A stretch of DNA of 64,000 bases from Eledone cirrhosa. Lineage: Eukaryota. Under the pieces are notes generated by a model, which worked only from the letters and a program-made list of their open reading frames with translations, was not told the DNA's origin and searched no databases. Positions 13,600 through 29,824 of the stretch are shown here, piece by piece. Positions within the stretch are counted from its first letter, which is position 1. Each line of letters starts with the position of its first letter. The stretch is from NCBI GenBank assembly GCA_964016885.1, contig OZ024743.1, positions 266,104,001 through 266,168,000 of the forward strand, in the 5' to 3' direction. The translations under genes and the position numbers were made by a program.

Positions 13600-15891
13600 A
13601 TACTAACAAATTTGACTCCTTCGGCTTTAAAACATTTAGAAGCCCGCCTCATAACACGCTACTAAACTCCTTTGAAAATGACCTAATAAAACTAGTTAAG
13701 AATATTAAATACAAAAAGCACCGTAATAAAAACAACACCTTCTTAAACAAACTTACCACCTCTATTAATGATTTCAAAACTAGTAATAAAATTATTGTAC
13801 GTCCGGACAAAACTAATAACATATACAGCCTAGATTATAATACTTATAGAAAGTTTATATATAATGAACTACATAAATACTACAGGAAAACCACTATGAA
13901 AAACTTAGAAGATATTAATATGGAAGGCTATAATATAGTGTCCAAACTAGGACTCCAGAGACATACACAACGATATACCCCAAACTCCCCTAGATTCTCT
14001 CTAAAGGACCATAAGGAGCACTTCATTAGCAACCCCTCGATTAGACTTATCTGCCCTTCCAAGTCTGACATTGGCATTATCAGTAAGAAAATTTTAGATA
14101 AAATCATCCCACAGATTAAATACAAGATATACCTTAAACAATGGGGAAATGCAGGTGAAGTGATTGAATGGTTCAAAGATATCAAGGATAACAAGGATAA
14201 AAAAATTTATTCAATTTGATATCAATTCATACTACACCTCTATTTCCCCTATCCTATTAAATAAGGCACTTATCATGGCCATGGACAATAGTGACCTGAC
14301 TAGACCCCAGATTGATGTCATAATTGCGGCCCGTAAAACAGTAATCACCTTTGAAGACCAATTATGGACCCGCAAGATTATGCAAAACAACTTCGACATA
14401 ACCATGGGATCTAGTGACTCGGCGCAGGTCACTGATTTAGTCGACCTATATTTACTTAACAAAATCCATAAGGACCTTCCATACCTCAACGGTGGTTTGT
14501 ACCGCGATGATGCACTTCTACTTATAGATTATAAAAATTCAATATAGAAAGAACTAGAAAACTATTGTACAATACATTCAAAAACTATAACCTTAGTATT
14601 ACCATGGACAAAAACACTAAAAACGTTAACTTCCTGGACGCCACCCTCTATCTAGACTCAAAGATATATGCATCTTTCCACAAACGTAATGAAAATCTCA
14701 TTTACGTAGATACTAAGTCTAACCACCCTAGATCTATATTAAACTCTATCTCTAAGGGAGTATCTAATAGAATCTCTAATCTATCCTATGACGTAAACAT
14801 ATTTAGCAAAAACTCGCAATATTATAATCAGGCATTAGCTAGATCAGGCCATAATATAGAGATCGAGTTCCTACCTACAAAAACACATAGCTAAAACATT
14901 ATTTCGCACAACATGTCCATGAGGAAATTTAGTAATAGGAATAGCAACCACATACACACTAATACGGAGGATGCTAACAAAAGTAACCCACACCACAGAA
15001 ATTACCATAGTACCATAAAAAGAAACAATTCAGCAGACATAAAAAACAAAAAATAGAAGAACAAATAATACATTTTTCAACCCTCCTTTCAATCTAAACG
15101 TCTCTACCAACCTACCTAGGGCTTTCTTCTCACAACTAGATAAAACTTCCCATCCGGCCACAACTAGCATAGCCTTTTAAACAAAAATACTATTAAAATT
15201 TCCTACTCTACTACGCCTAACATAGCATACCACATAGCAATAAAAGAAAAATTAATTCTTACTTCCAGCAAACTAAATCACAACAGACGATAAACCTTCA
15301 AAATAACATTATAGCAACTAACCCTAATATCAATAGAAATAATAGTAATAGCACTAGAGTAAACAATAACGCTGGGAACGTCAACCCACATAACCATAAC
15401 CCTATAGCTACCATCCAGACTTCTACACAACATAATAACCGGCAGACTAACACCCAGAATAATTGTAACTGTAGATCAAATAGAACCTGCCCTTTAGATA
15501 AAAAATGCTTAACCAAGGATATCATATACTCATGCACAGTCATAACTAGCAACTCTTCTGAAACCTATATAGGCTCTACTTCAAACTGCTTCAAAACCAG
15601 ATACAATTCACACCTCCACTCTTTCAAAAAACACAGTCTAGCCAACTCCACTTCACTCTCTAGCTACATACACTATCTAAAAACTAAAAATAAACAATAT
15701 ACACTTAAATGGGAAGTGATAGGTAACGCGACATCGTACAAACCACCTAATAAATTTTGTAATCTCTGTCTACTAGAGACCCATACTATCATCTTCTCAA
15801 ACCATAACCTCCTTAATAAAAAATCAGAAGTGTTTGCGTCTTGCCAACACCGCTTCCGACACTCCTTCCAAAACTTTAAACCCAATATATA
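13600..15891 (+). pseudogene. Disrupted RT + GIY-YIG endonuclease ORF of the Penelope-like element (Naiad-like motif set)
   Basis: ORF pieces 13896-14219, 14164-14547, 14565-14894 and an ATG-less frame about 15300-15891; frameshifts and stops. Confidence 0.85.
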
Positions 15892-17388
15892 ACAATGTCA
15901 GACTTGAACCCGTCTCCACCTCTAGCAACAATCATCAGGGGCACACCTTACACCTCATCTCCACACCCATTAATCCACTTTAACGCAAATAGTGACATCC
16001 TCCTACTACCTTTTAGATATCCCCATGTACTTCTACTTTTGGTATATTGGCCTTCAATTACTTAGACTACATTACACCAATATATAATTAATGTAAACTT
16101 TAAGCACGGAATTGTTTGTGCTAACATTGTCCTGTGTATGTAGTGCCATCATTGGATAAATGGAAGATTAAGTAATTAATTTATTAACATAAAAGAACTA
16201 TATAATCTATATGCTGAGTGCAATGAATTATGTACAGGTGATGTATGAGTTATAAATACATGTATGACTTGATGGTCAGATTAGTGTCTTTGTAAGTGAG
16301 AATTGATCTCTGGACTAGCCTAGGGATATTTAACTTTGCCATGCAATCAGACATGCAATGACCCAGAGCTTACCAGGAGTCATATATAGAAGTGATTCTA
16401 ATAAGACCCTGCCAGGTTCTGCGGGTGGACTACACTTACAAAGATCATTGATTTGGAGATCTGACTGTTCATGTGGAATATTCGGTGGTGGCACTCTATG
16501 ATAGAAGGTAATCATCCTAATATGAACACCTTTAGTACTTCTTGATAGACTACACTGTAATTTATAGATAAGATACTTAACTTTAGAAATTGTTTATAAC
16601 CTTATATGATAGGAACACATTTGAGACACCATTAATGTACTTTAGGGTAATACATTTAGCTATAGAAATCAGCTAGTTACCTCCCCTTACGCATTAACTC
16701 CCCTTAATCACACACACACTTCCGGAATATAATACGATGTCAACTCTCACAACAAAAAAAAACCTGCTCTATAGAATCGAATTAAAGAACGACAAGCTGT
16801 GATGTTCTAGCATGGTTCACCAGGCACCCAATGTTGAATCATCGTGGATTGTGTAATGGACATGTAGTCTATAAATTGCGTTTCCTAGATTGTGAGAGTG
16901 GTGGTGTGTACGAGGACAGTGGTGCTATTTTGCTTCTCATTTGTAATATTTTTGATATTTTTGGTGTTTCTCTACACACGGGCTTCTATATCGTACAGGT
17001 GTGTGTGAATAATGCTTTACCAGTACAGCCCCAATGATGCTCTTGATTGCCTACTTTGACTGCTTGTTTTACATGTAACAATCTGCCGCACTATAATCTT
17101 GTATAAATAGGACACGCGTGCATGCCACACGTGTTACTGTTGCATACACTGGCTACTCCAAACTTTCCTCTTGCTTTATCTTAGTAAACTGCGCCAATGT
17201 TTAATTTTAATTTTAATTTTAATTTTAACTTTAATTTTGTCCTTTAATATGACTGTAATCTTTATATGTAAATTACCATGCTATATTATTATAATGGATG
17301 TCAACCCACTGTGGGTCAATATATACATATGTTTCTATATGTCTCTTGTGTTGAAAAGGAGGTCAAGTATGTTAAAAATCACTGAATA

Positions 17389-17441
17389 ATTTCTCCGAAG
17401 ACACCAAACCTCAGTTTGGAAAAAAACAATTGTAAGCAAAT
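17389..17441 (+). ncRNA. Degenerate hammerhead in pLTR (mirror on - at 13428-13480)
   Basis: CCGAAGA ctccaaac ctcg gtttgga aGAAA caattg TA agcaa (as read in the minus copy); both copies have CCGAAGA. Confidence 0.55.
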
Positions 17442-17641
17442 AAATGATTTAAACAGAACTTTGATTCATGTAATCTCTATATAACTGCTCTGTAAAACAA
17501 CTGATGTTGTTACATTGAGCTATTTATGTTACTGGTAATAAGATAGTAATAAATTACTGTCTTTCACTATTTAGGGTATAAAATATATCTAACTATAAAA
17601 GGTTTTAGTATATACATAACCATAAATAGTATCCTTAATAC

Positions 17642-17673
<32 letters not shown>

Positions 17674-17819
17674 TGTGTGTGTGCATGTATGTGTATGGGT
17701 GAGCCTGTGTATGTGCATGTGTGCGTGTGTGTGTGTGCTTGTTTACATATGTTCATACACGCTATAATTACATATAAATAAGCACACACACACACAAATA
17801 TATATATATATATATATAT

Positions 17820-18241
17820 GTAGAAGTTATATTTAATTTGTTGGGATACAACAAGAAAATATTTTTATAAATGATATAAAGCACTTAACAAATTTTTATC
17901 CTGGTGCTTCCAACCGACATGGTCGCATTCAGTAGAGGGTCGGACGCCATGCTTTCCAGCATAGTTACGTCCCTTTACGATCTGAGTTCAAATCCCGCCG
18001 AGGTTGACTTTGCCTTACGGGGTCGATAAAATACAGTACCAGTAATGCACTGGGTAATTGCTGGCCTTGTGCCTAAAGTAGAGACAATTATTTAAGAAGA
18101 TGGCAATATTTGTTTATAAAACTGATCTATATTATATTTTATCTGATAAAGGCGCACCATAATTTGCTTTGGTGTCCTTGAAATATGTATAATGAAATAA
18201 ATATGGTTTTATAAATATAGTTTCCATTTGTTAATATATTG

Positions 18242-18242
<1 letters not shown>
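17820..18242 (+). mobile_element. Penelope pLTR remnant (family of 54590-56690) interrupted by a SINE; degenerate HHR at 18135-18199
   Basis: 17820-17895 matches 54590-54665; 18110-18242 matches 56560-56690; ttttat CTGATAA ...GAAA tatgta TA. Confidence 0.75.
17920..18092 (+). mobile_element. tRNA-derived SINE
   Basis: B-box gagttcaaatcc, body gaggttgactttgcc...ggggtcgataaaa..agtaccag, tail ctggccttgtgcc..aaacaattatt shared with many copies. Confidence 0.85.
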
Positions 18243-18277
<35 letters not shown>

Positions 18278-18295
18278 CGTGTGTGTGTGTGTGTG

Positions 18296-18356
<61 letters not shown>

Positions 18357-18662
18357 TATATATATCTGGTTCTTGAATATTTAGTTTCCTTTAGGTACAA
18401 TACATTAAGTCAGTTTCAGGCTAATGTTGTGGTCTTTTACGTTTTCGTGGCTTTCTCTTTTTTAATATACTTCTATGTTTATATCCGGTAAAAGTCCTGC
18501 CATTGGCAAATTCCTTTATACGAAATAGTCTCATACAGAATTCCAATTCTAAGAACTTCAATGTAACAAGGGAATATTTATGTAGTTATGTTCCATTATA
18601 TAATTCTAAGCGTGTTCATGCATGCACGCGCGCGTGTGAGTGTATGTGGGTGCGTGTGTGTA

Positions 18663-18739
<77 letters not shown>

Positions 18740-20406
18740 TTGCACAATTATGTGTCGCACATGACCTGGGATTTCGTATACGAACTTTGTAAATACACAT
18801 ACATTCAGACATCTCTATACGTAGGTTGATTTTATATGATACACAATTATCATGTACCAACACCTTGGCATTTCTATTACTATTAGCGTGTAGTCGCCAC
18901 TCTAACTTATCAGATTATATATTTTTATATACAAATCTTATATTTCATTGATTGAGTAAGGAATGGCCGAGTATGCGCGCATACTCTTCGGCTGTGTTCG
19001 AAAACCAAATATATATATATCCAATGTATTCAAGCTCTTCACACTCCTGTTTGACCCACACAAATCTGTGCTTGGATTTGTCCATGCCAGAGGTGTTGCC
19101 GTACTCCCCACGCTGTACTTGGTTGCATGGTACCAGTAGCAGCCAGAAGCCTGGCCTGACCTCACAGAGGCATATATATATATATATAAATTATCCCGGT
19201 TTGAATCGGGGGTAACCATAGTAAGTAAGGTACTCAATACATAGCTGAGTATAAATATTTGATATAGAAATGGCTTGTATAGAACTAGAATGTTTCATTT
19301 GGGAGAAATCATCAGGAATCCCCCTTTGTTAAGGAAATTTCCCTCGTGGTCTTTCAGGGTAATGTGTGGGGTGCGACTTTACCATTAAGGGTTCAGTTCG
19401 GTCTCGGTTAAAGTCAACTCATTCACCTTTTTGTAAGTGGTCGTGATTGCATTTTTTACCAGCTTCTTATAGGTTGGTAAATCCACCTCATAATGTTTTA
19501 CCAAAAACGTATTATATTAAATCAGTATTAAAGTGAGAAATACATAAATGTACAATGCATTAAGCGTGTGCCTTGTAGTTAGACTGTTGGTATCATTTGA
19601 AGGTTTCAATTAATGAAAAGAAAAAGCAAGAAGTAAGAAGAAGTAAGAAAGTTAACCTCAGCCCAGGGACCTGATACGAATGTTTCAGCAGAATGCGTTC
19701 CTTTAAATGTACCCAAGAAACATTTTGCTGTGCTATAGTGAAGGACGGCTTAATTTCCTCAAAAAGAAAACGGAACAATCTTAACGGAGAGTTGTTAGTG
19801 TTTGACGCAGAAAGCTTTGTTGAAACCAACTAAGACCGAACTAAAGTAGCAATGTGGTTACGGAATTATATTCTTAAACATAAGGTCTCGATTCTGTATA
19901 ATAGAAGTCGGAATGAATAGTCAATGCCGCATATTCTCGTCGCAGTAAAATACACGATTTACTCGTCCCAGGTTATGACGAATTTATTGATTTGAGTTAA
20001 AAAGTTATTTCTTAAAAAGAAAGATTTCTTAAATTAACTGTTGGTATACAATACAGAAATTTGAATGATTTATCCTTTATCTAAGACAAAAATAGTATCT
20101 TGAGTAAAGGAAAAAGACTGTAACAGCAAACAAGATAGTCTGTGCATGGTTACATTATTTGTTAGAATTAGCAAGGAAACCACTTGAAAATCAAACCTCA
20201 ACGCGATAAAACATAAATAATAGCTGATAAATGTAGTCCTAACTACATTATCAGTGAATTAAAAAGAAAAGACGTCATGCATTCGGGTGAGAAGATTTTT
20301 ACAAAAGGTTTACTGGATCGGAGAGGACATGAAGTTCAACCGACGATGAACTGACCCAAAACGACAACAAAACAATTTTATATCATTCTTCTTTTTTTTC
20401 TTGCAG

Positions 20407-20497
20407 CGGACGAATGTATTGGCAGCACCCAGTTAACTGCTCAAAGAAACACCAAGAACTATCTCCATACGCCATCATTTCCAACTCCGTTCAAAAA
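20407..20497 (+). CDS. CUB-domain protein exon (start of CUB1): xDECIGSTQLTAQRNTKNYLHTPSFPTPFK
   Basis: polypyrimidine tract + ttgcAG acceptor, GTAAGT donor, 91 nt phase 1-2; C..L.A..HTPSFP matches a CUB N-terminus; in frame with next exon. Confidence 0.85.
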
Positions 20498-20542
20498 GTA
20501 AGTTTTTTTTTTAAAATATTATTTCATGCTGGCAATCATTAA

Positions 20543-20927
20543 TTGGCAGTTTCGGTAGAGGGTTGGACGCCATGCTTTGCAGCATAGAGTTGCACCCCTT
20601 TACGGGCTGAGTTCAAATCTCGCCTAGGTTAACTTTTCCTTGCATCCTTACGGGGTCTATAAAATAAAGCACCAATAATGCACTGGGATAATTGCTGGCC
20701 TTGTGCCAAAAATCGAATCAATTGTTTCGTGGATTGGCAGTATGGATTTCAGCATAGAGTTACGGCGCTTTACATTCTGAGTTCAAATACCGCCGAGGTT
20801 AGCTTTGCCTTTTATCCTTACAAGGTCGATAATTTCAAGCAGCAGTAATACACTGGAGATCGATTTAATCGATTTTATCCTTCCACTAAAATTGTTGGCC
20901 TTGTGCCTAAATCAGAAACCATTATTT
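20543..20927 (+). mobile_element. Two tandem tRNA-derived SINEs
   Basis: two units (20543-20727, 20729-20927), each with tggcag start, ctgagttcaaat B-box and ggccttgtgcc tail. Confidence 0.85.
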
Positions 20928-20971
20928 AATTCATCCTTGCTAAATAGTAGTAGTAGTAGTAGTAGTAGTAA

Positions 20972-21012
<41 letters not shown>

Positions 21013-21070
21013 ATTTTATGTTGCAATTTCTCTTTCAGTTTGTGAACGTGCTTGAGTGTGAATGCGTTTA

Positions 21071-21167
<97 letters not shown>

Positions 21168-21393
21168 GAAAATTAGAGTTAATAACTCTTATTGAAACCC
21201 TGTAATCATTAAGCTCCAAGTATAAAATACTGAGCATTATAATAATAATATATATGTAGTAAGAAACACAGTAAACCGTGTGTCTAATATTACAAGGGTT
21301 GAAAGACCACATTTGTTTGAAATATTTAACCATGAAGCAGACAGAATGATAAAATAAAATTATATTATACAAGCCGCCTCAATAACAATTATA

Positions 21394-21473
21394 TCTCTCG
21401 GACAGATTAGGGATAATCTGTTTCGCCCTGAGTGTGTTTGCAACAGATAATCATGGGCATCATCAGCGAGAGA
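21394..21473 (-). ncRNA. Canonical type I hammerhead ribozyme
   Basis: tctctcg CTGATGA tgccc...gggc GAAA cagatta tccc taatctg TC cgagaga: 7 bp stem I, 7 bp stem III, GUC cleavage triplet. Confidence 0.9.
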
Positions 21474-21893
21474 ATCTGATTAAATGCGACAAACACTATG
21501 TACCAACGTTCACACAGAAGATGAATTTATCACCTCGTGCGCCGCAAGTCAAAACTGGTATGAGTGTATTGGTTAGAAATAACAGTCCAACACACGCAAC
21601 TTAATAAGCTCACCTCATGAGGGAGCCGAAATATAAATGAATATATATATTATTATAATGCTCAGTATTTTATACTTGGAGCTTAATGATTACAGGGTTT
21701 CAATAAGAGTTATTAACTCTAATTTTCATTTATATTTCGGCTCCCCCATGAGGTGAGCTTATTAAGTTGCGTGTGTTGGACTGTTGTTTCTAACTAATAC
21801 ACTCATACCAGTTTTGACTTGCGGCGCACGAGGTGATAAATTCATCTTTCTGTGTGAACGTTGGTACATAGTGTTTGTCGCATTTAATCAGAT

Positions 21894-21973
21894 TCTCTCG
21901 CTGATGATGCCCATGATTATCTGTTGCAAACACACTCAGGGCGAAACAGTTTATCCCTAATCTGTCCGAGAGA
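21894..21973 (+). ncRNA. Canonical type I hammerhead ribozyme, sense to the host intron
   Basis: tctctcg CTGATGA tgccc...gggc GAAA cagttta tccc taatctg TC cgagaga; predicted cleavage after 21966. Confidence 0.9.
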
Positions 21974-22119
21974 TATAATTGTTATTGAGGCGGTTTGTAT
22001 AATATAATTTTATTTTATCATTCTGTCTGCTTCATGGTTAAATATTTCAAACAAATTTGGTCTTTCAACCCTTGTAATATTAGACACACGGTTTACTGTG
22101 TTTCTTACTACATATATAT

Positions 22120-22156
<37 letters not shown>

Positions 22157-22792
22157 TCGCCCTCTCTGTGGACGTGCATAAAAGTGCTTGAACATACGTT
22201 CGTGTTATCTTTTATAAGATACCGTATTGTGTATTGGTTATCAGTTCATATAATGTAACCCGAATAACTACATTCATTTTTGTGTTTGCGTGTATATGTC
22301 TTCACATAGCATCAGCTTATATTGGTCAGTAGTTGATTATGCTACTTAAACAATAATGTATTTCATATATTTTAACTCAGTTCTATTTTCCCCTGGGAAA
22401 CGATGATATGTGTTATTGACTATACCAATTCAAAAATAATAACTACTCAATATAATTCTATCAAGAAAACAGGACATATCAATCATTTTCCATTTAGTAT
22501 TATCGTGTAGTTTCAGTTATTTTGCATTTCCTGAGTTCAATTACTGCCGACGACTCATTTGTCAAATATTGATCTAGGAAAGTGCATGATGTCGTCAACT
22601 TTCCCAAAACACCCGCCTCAAATAAAATCATTTCGTGATTATGTCTCTCTTCGGGCTGAAAGGGCTTTATACTACCCTATACAATTGGTCCCGTTTGGTG
22701 TCAATATAATTCTTTGGAAAAGATAAAGAGCGGAAATTAATGGGAGTAGAAGAAGATAAAGGAGGAAGAGAAGGGGAAATATATAAGAAAAA

Positions 22793-22927
22793 TAATTGTT
22801 TCTGCTATTGGCACAAGGCCAGCGTTTGTCGCAGTGCATTACTGGTACTTTATTTGATCGATCCCGTAAGGATGAAAGGCAAAGTTAACCTCGGGGGTAT
22901 TTGAACTCAGACCACAAAGGCCCGTAA
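22793..22927 (-). mobile_element. tRNA-derived SINE (partial)
   Basis: reverse complement of SINE body (ggcacaaggccagc...actggtactttatt...ggatgaaaggcaaagttaacctc...tttgaactcag). Confidence 0.8.
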
Positions 22928-23536
22928 TGAAAAGAAAAAAACAAACAGAGGAGGAAGAAACCAAAAATGATAAAAACGAGACGATATAATCGAAAAGCGG
23001 GAGCAGGATAAACGTAAGAAGTAGAGGTGGTGGAGCTAGAGGTAGGAGAAGTAATGCAATCATACCCAACTTAACAAGGATTATATCTATATCAAATATA
23101 ACACACATCATCCAAAGTGGTTTGGCTGAATTATATAAATGGCTAACAAGAATCCCTACCCACTAGACATCAATTTCCTAACTAATGACATTGTGTACAG
23201 ATGCGTTAATGTGACTAACAGTTCCGAGAAGGCTGACTTTGTAATGGTCTCTAACACATTCAAAACCAGGTGGTAGAGTACACACACTCATTCCGATAAC
23301 AAGAAAATCGAAATATCCTATGCCATCCACGCGTGGGACTCCAGGATGAAATATATACACGTCATACTGAGCAGGGAGATACGAGGAGATGCAAGGTGGG
23401 GTAAACCATTTGTTTTAAGTATCTCTGAATGTAAGGAAAACTTTTTGCTGAGGTCAATATGATGGACTAAATTAAAGGAGTATCCCTGCGCGGACGCAAT
23501 CTATATATCTATATTATATATGTATACACACACACG

Positions 23537-23615
<79 letters not shown>

Positions 23616-24108
23616 TATATATATATATATATATATATACATACATATGTATATATATGCATACATACATGCATACATACATACATACATACATACATAC
23701 ATACATACATACATGCATACATACATACATACATACATACATACATACATAGACACGAAGAGACTTATTACTAAAGAAATCGGGTTGTTCAGAAATGGTG
23801 CTAAAAATATTATTCGGATTATTTATCAGCTCAGCAAACAGAAAATAAAATTGATAAATTCGTCCTATGGGGATAGAAGCAGTTCTCAAATATGAAACAG
23901 TACCACAGGGAATTTTTTCTGAATTATATATGTGTGTAAAGGTTCATATGCAAACATCTACATATTTACAAGAGCATTAACATATATTAAACCACATATT
24001 TGTATATGTTGGAAATATCTGAAAAGGATTTCACAAACATGTATCCATTCACAATAACACCAATGCGCACGCGCACACACATAGACATATATATGCATAT
24101 ATATATAA

Positions 24109-24186
<78 letters not shown>

Positions 24187-24203
24187 ATATATATATATAT
24201 ATA

Positions 24204-24244
<41 letters not shown>

Positions 24245-24360
24245 ATATATATATATATATATGTGTGTGTATATATATATATATATATGTGTGTGTGCGT
24301 GTGTGTGTGCGTGTCTGTGTGTGTGTGTGTGCATATATATATATATGTGTGTGTGTGCGT

Positions 24361-24401
<41 letters not shown>

Positions 24402-24402
<1 letters not shown>

Positions 24403-24995
24403 TTCATTTCTGAATTTGTTTAGCAAGATTCTTTATCTGAAAACGTGTGTTGAAACCGATATGTTTATACTTTGGGAGGGTCATGTTACCAATAGAAACA
24501 CACGCACCATGCTTTCACTTCAATTTATTATAATAAATTTATAAATTTAGGAATTTATAAATTTCCGGTTGGTTGGTTGGTTGGTTGGTTGGTTCGAACA
24601 ACCAAATGGTTGTTTATATATTGTCAAAGTTCTTTCGTCACACATTCTGTGACCTCTTCAGTGACTGGGGATTCTTTTCTTTGTTTTTGTTTTTTGTGCC
24701 TCTCCTTTTTTTCTGTCCTACGCCATCTTGTTTATTAAAAAACAAGATGGCGTAGGACAGAACAAAGGGGAGACACAAAAAACAAAGAAAATAATCCCCA
24801 GTCACTGAAGAGATCACATAATGTATGACGAAAGAACTTTGACAATATATAAACAACCTTCTGATTGTGGAACCAACCAACCAACCGGAAATTTATAAAT
24901 TCCTAAATTTATAAATTTATTATAATAAATTGAAGTGAAAGCTTCTGGTGCGTGTGTTTCTTATTGGCAACATGACCCTCCCAAAGTATAACAAT
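24402..24995. mobile_element. Fold-back element, family A copy 2 (about 270 bp arms) with minimal HHRs at 24623-24665 (-) and 24801-24843 (+)
   Basis: same two outer ends as 10695-11563 but the axis is at about 24736 (catcttgttt-attaa-aaacaagatg). Confidence 0.9.
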
Positions 24996-25190
24996 ATATA
25001 TATATATATATATATATAATAGAATAGAAAAGAAAAACGAACACAGATATATACATATATGTGTTCAAATCGTAAGGGACCAGATGCGCTAAGGTGAAAA
25101 GAATACTAACTATAGACAATTGGGTTTGATTTTCTCAATTTAAGAAAAAATCAAGAAAATAAATACAAGCCGGAATTGTGGTAACTACCA

Positions 25191-25268
25191 ATCACCCAGA
25201 CAACTTGGTGTTGTTTCGCAATGTTAATTGTGAATAGAAATACCAATTCAAGCTCGTTAGTGGGTGAT
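25191..25268 (-). ncRNA. Type I hammerhead motif with one core substitution
   Basis: atcaccca CTAACGA gc...gc GAAA caac accaa gttg TC tgggtgat; 8 bp stem I; in TA-flanked insert about 25018-25320. Confidence 0.7.
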
Positions 25269-25413
25269 GAATTAGTATCCTAGACACTTCTAAGAATATT
25301 AAGCAAATGAATAGTGTGCTATATATAAAATAATAGCGCACATGGCATCCTAGAGTGTCTTACAAACTTACACAACTTACTCAATATATACCTTTGATAT
25401 ATATATATACCTT

Positions 25414-25471
<58 letters not shown>

Positions 25472-25546
25472 TATATATATATGTATAAATATGTATGCAT
25501 ATATATTAGAGACATAGATAAATAAGTAGATTGGTAGAGAGAGGGG

Positions 25547-26645
<1,099 letters not shown>

Positions 26646-26656
26646 TATATATATAC

Positions 26657-26730
<74 letters not shown>

Positions 26731-26737
26731 TATATAC

Positions 26738-26800
<63 letters not shown>

Positions 26801-27300
26801 AATAAAGATTCAGCGAGAATTGCATTTCGGCGGGCAGGAAGAGCGAAGCGAAACGCAAAAATCAGGAATGATACTGGCAAAGTGATCAATAGTTAAAAAC
26901 TAGAGCTAAACAATGTGTTAAGAACCCATATAAAACTGAAAAGGTGGCCAAGAAGGCATTAACCACCCAAGACAAAAACCAAATCAAGCTAAACAGGTGA
27001 AAACAAAATAAATGATAAAAAATAAATGATGACCAAACCTGCACTCCCGGAATTGCTGTTAAAATCCGATGTAGAGTTTCTGTGACACCTAAATCAAAAT
27101 ACAGTCTACGTAAAATATAAGCTTTGCGTATAATGACCGAACAAGGAATATCACGTTATCAACAGGTATTTCGCTCTGTACCAAATAAGTGAATGACACG
27201 GTGGTAAGTTAAACCACGTTTGGAAATCACAAGGGGAATAACCCCAGATTTTGGCAAAGTAATTCAGTAAGTGTAAATCATATATATATATATATATATA

Positions 27301-28605
<1,305 letters not shown>

Positions 28606-29684
28606 CTATCAGTCATTGGAATACTACAATATTTAGATATTTAATCGAATAAATTATTGTATATTGAGCTATATAAATAGCTGACATGACGTCTGCCTGA
28701 TTTAAAGTCTTCGTTTTCAACAAACCAGATTCTCTCATATGTTTATTATTTTGGTACACACATACCTACATACACACACACGTACATACATACATATATG
28801 ATGATGATGGCTGCCCCTCGTTATCGAGTATGGCCATTGAATGACATACCATTATTAATAATCATTAATCAATTCTATCGATAAAATAAAGTACCAGTAA
28901 TGCACTGGTGAATTGCTTGCCTTGTGCCAAAAGTAGAAACAATTAATCAATTCTATATTGCAATGCCTGTGCATTAATATATTTTTTAAAGGGAGGAAAG
29001 ATTAACATCAACGAAGGGCGGAAGAACTCATAAGATTCAACGACCACCCAAAAGTGTGTAAATATGTATATACACATAGGAAACTGGGATAACTCCGATA
29101 TAAAACCTGTGGCTCAGTAGTTACATACATACCTACATACACACACACACACACGTACATACATACATACATACATACATACATACATACATACATACAT
29201 ACATACATACATACATACATACATACACACACACACACGTACAAACATACATACATAAATACCTACATACAGACACACACGCGTACATACATACATGATG
29301 GCTGCCCCCTTGTTATCGAGTATGGATATACCATTATTAATAATTATTAATTATTAAACGTGCAATGCCTGTGCGTGAAGATAATTTTTAAAGTGAGGAA
29401 AGACTGTGCATTGAGCCAATCCCACTCTCTGAACTACAGTAGCTATAACCTGAAAAGAAGAAAAGATCAACAGCATCGGTAACTACTGAGCCGCAGTTTT
29501 ATATCGGAGTTATCCCAGTTTCTTTAGTTGCCTTCTCCTAGAAGAATGCCCTGACAAAAGCTAGGGGGAGTCCTCCACTCCAAGTGGGTTAACCGCGCGA
29601 TCGGGTGGCCAGCCCGATAATTTCTATGTCCCCGCGCATATCCTTACACATGCACCCATATACATATACATATACATACATACA

Positions 29685-29718
<34 letters not shown>

Positions 29719-29824
29719 CATACATACATACATACATACATACACACACACGTACATACATACATACATACATACATAAATACATACATACATACATACA
29801 TACATACATACATACATACACACA

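Larger units (their letters stand above)
13392..17640 (+). mobile_element. Penelope-like retroelement, 5'-truncated and frameshifted, with inverted 5' pseudo-LTR
   Basis: RT motifs QFDINSYYTSI, MGSSDSAQVTDLV, LYRDDALL, VNFLDATL; C-terminal GIY-YIG CNCR..CPL..CL..IIY..YIGST..KW..CNLCL..LLNK..CQH ending 15891; 13392-13560 is the reverse complement of 17308-17477. Confidence 0.92.
21161..22125. mobile_element. Retrozyme-like element: two inverted, differently permuted copies of a about 470 nt non-coding unit
   Basis: 21161-21641 = X-Y with terminal redundancy tataaatgaa; 21651-22125 = rc(X)-rc(Y); each has a full hammerhead; flanked by (TA)n. Confidence 0.85.
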
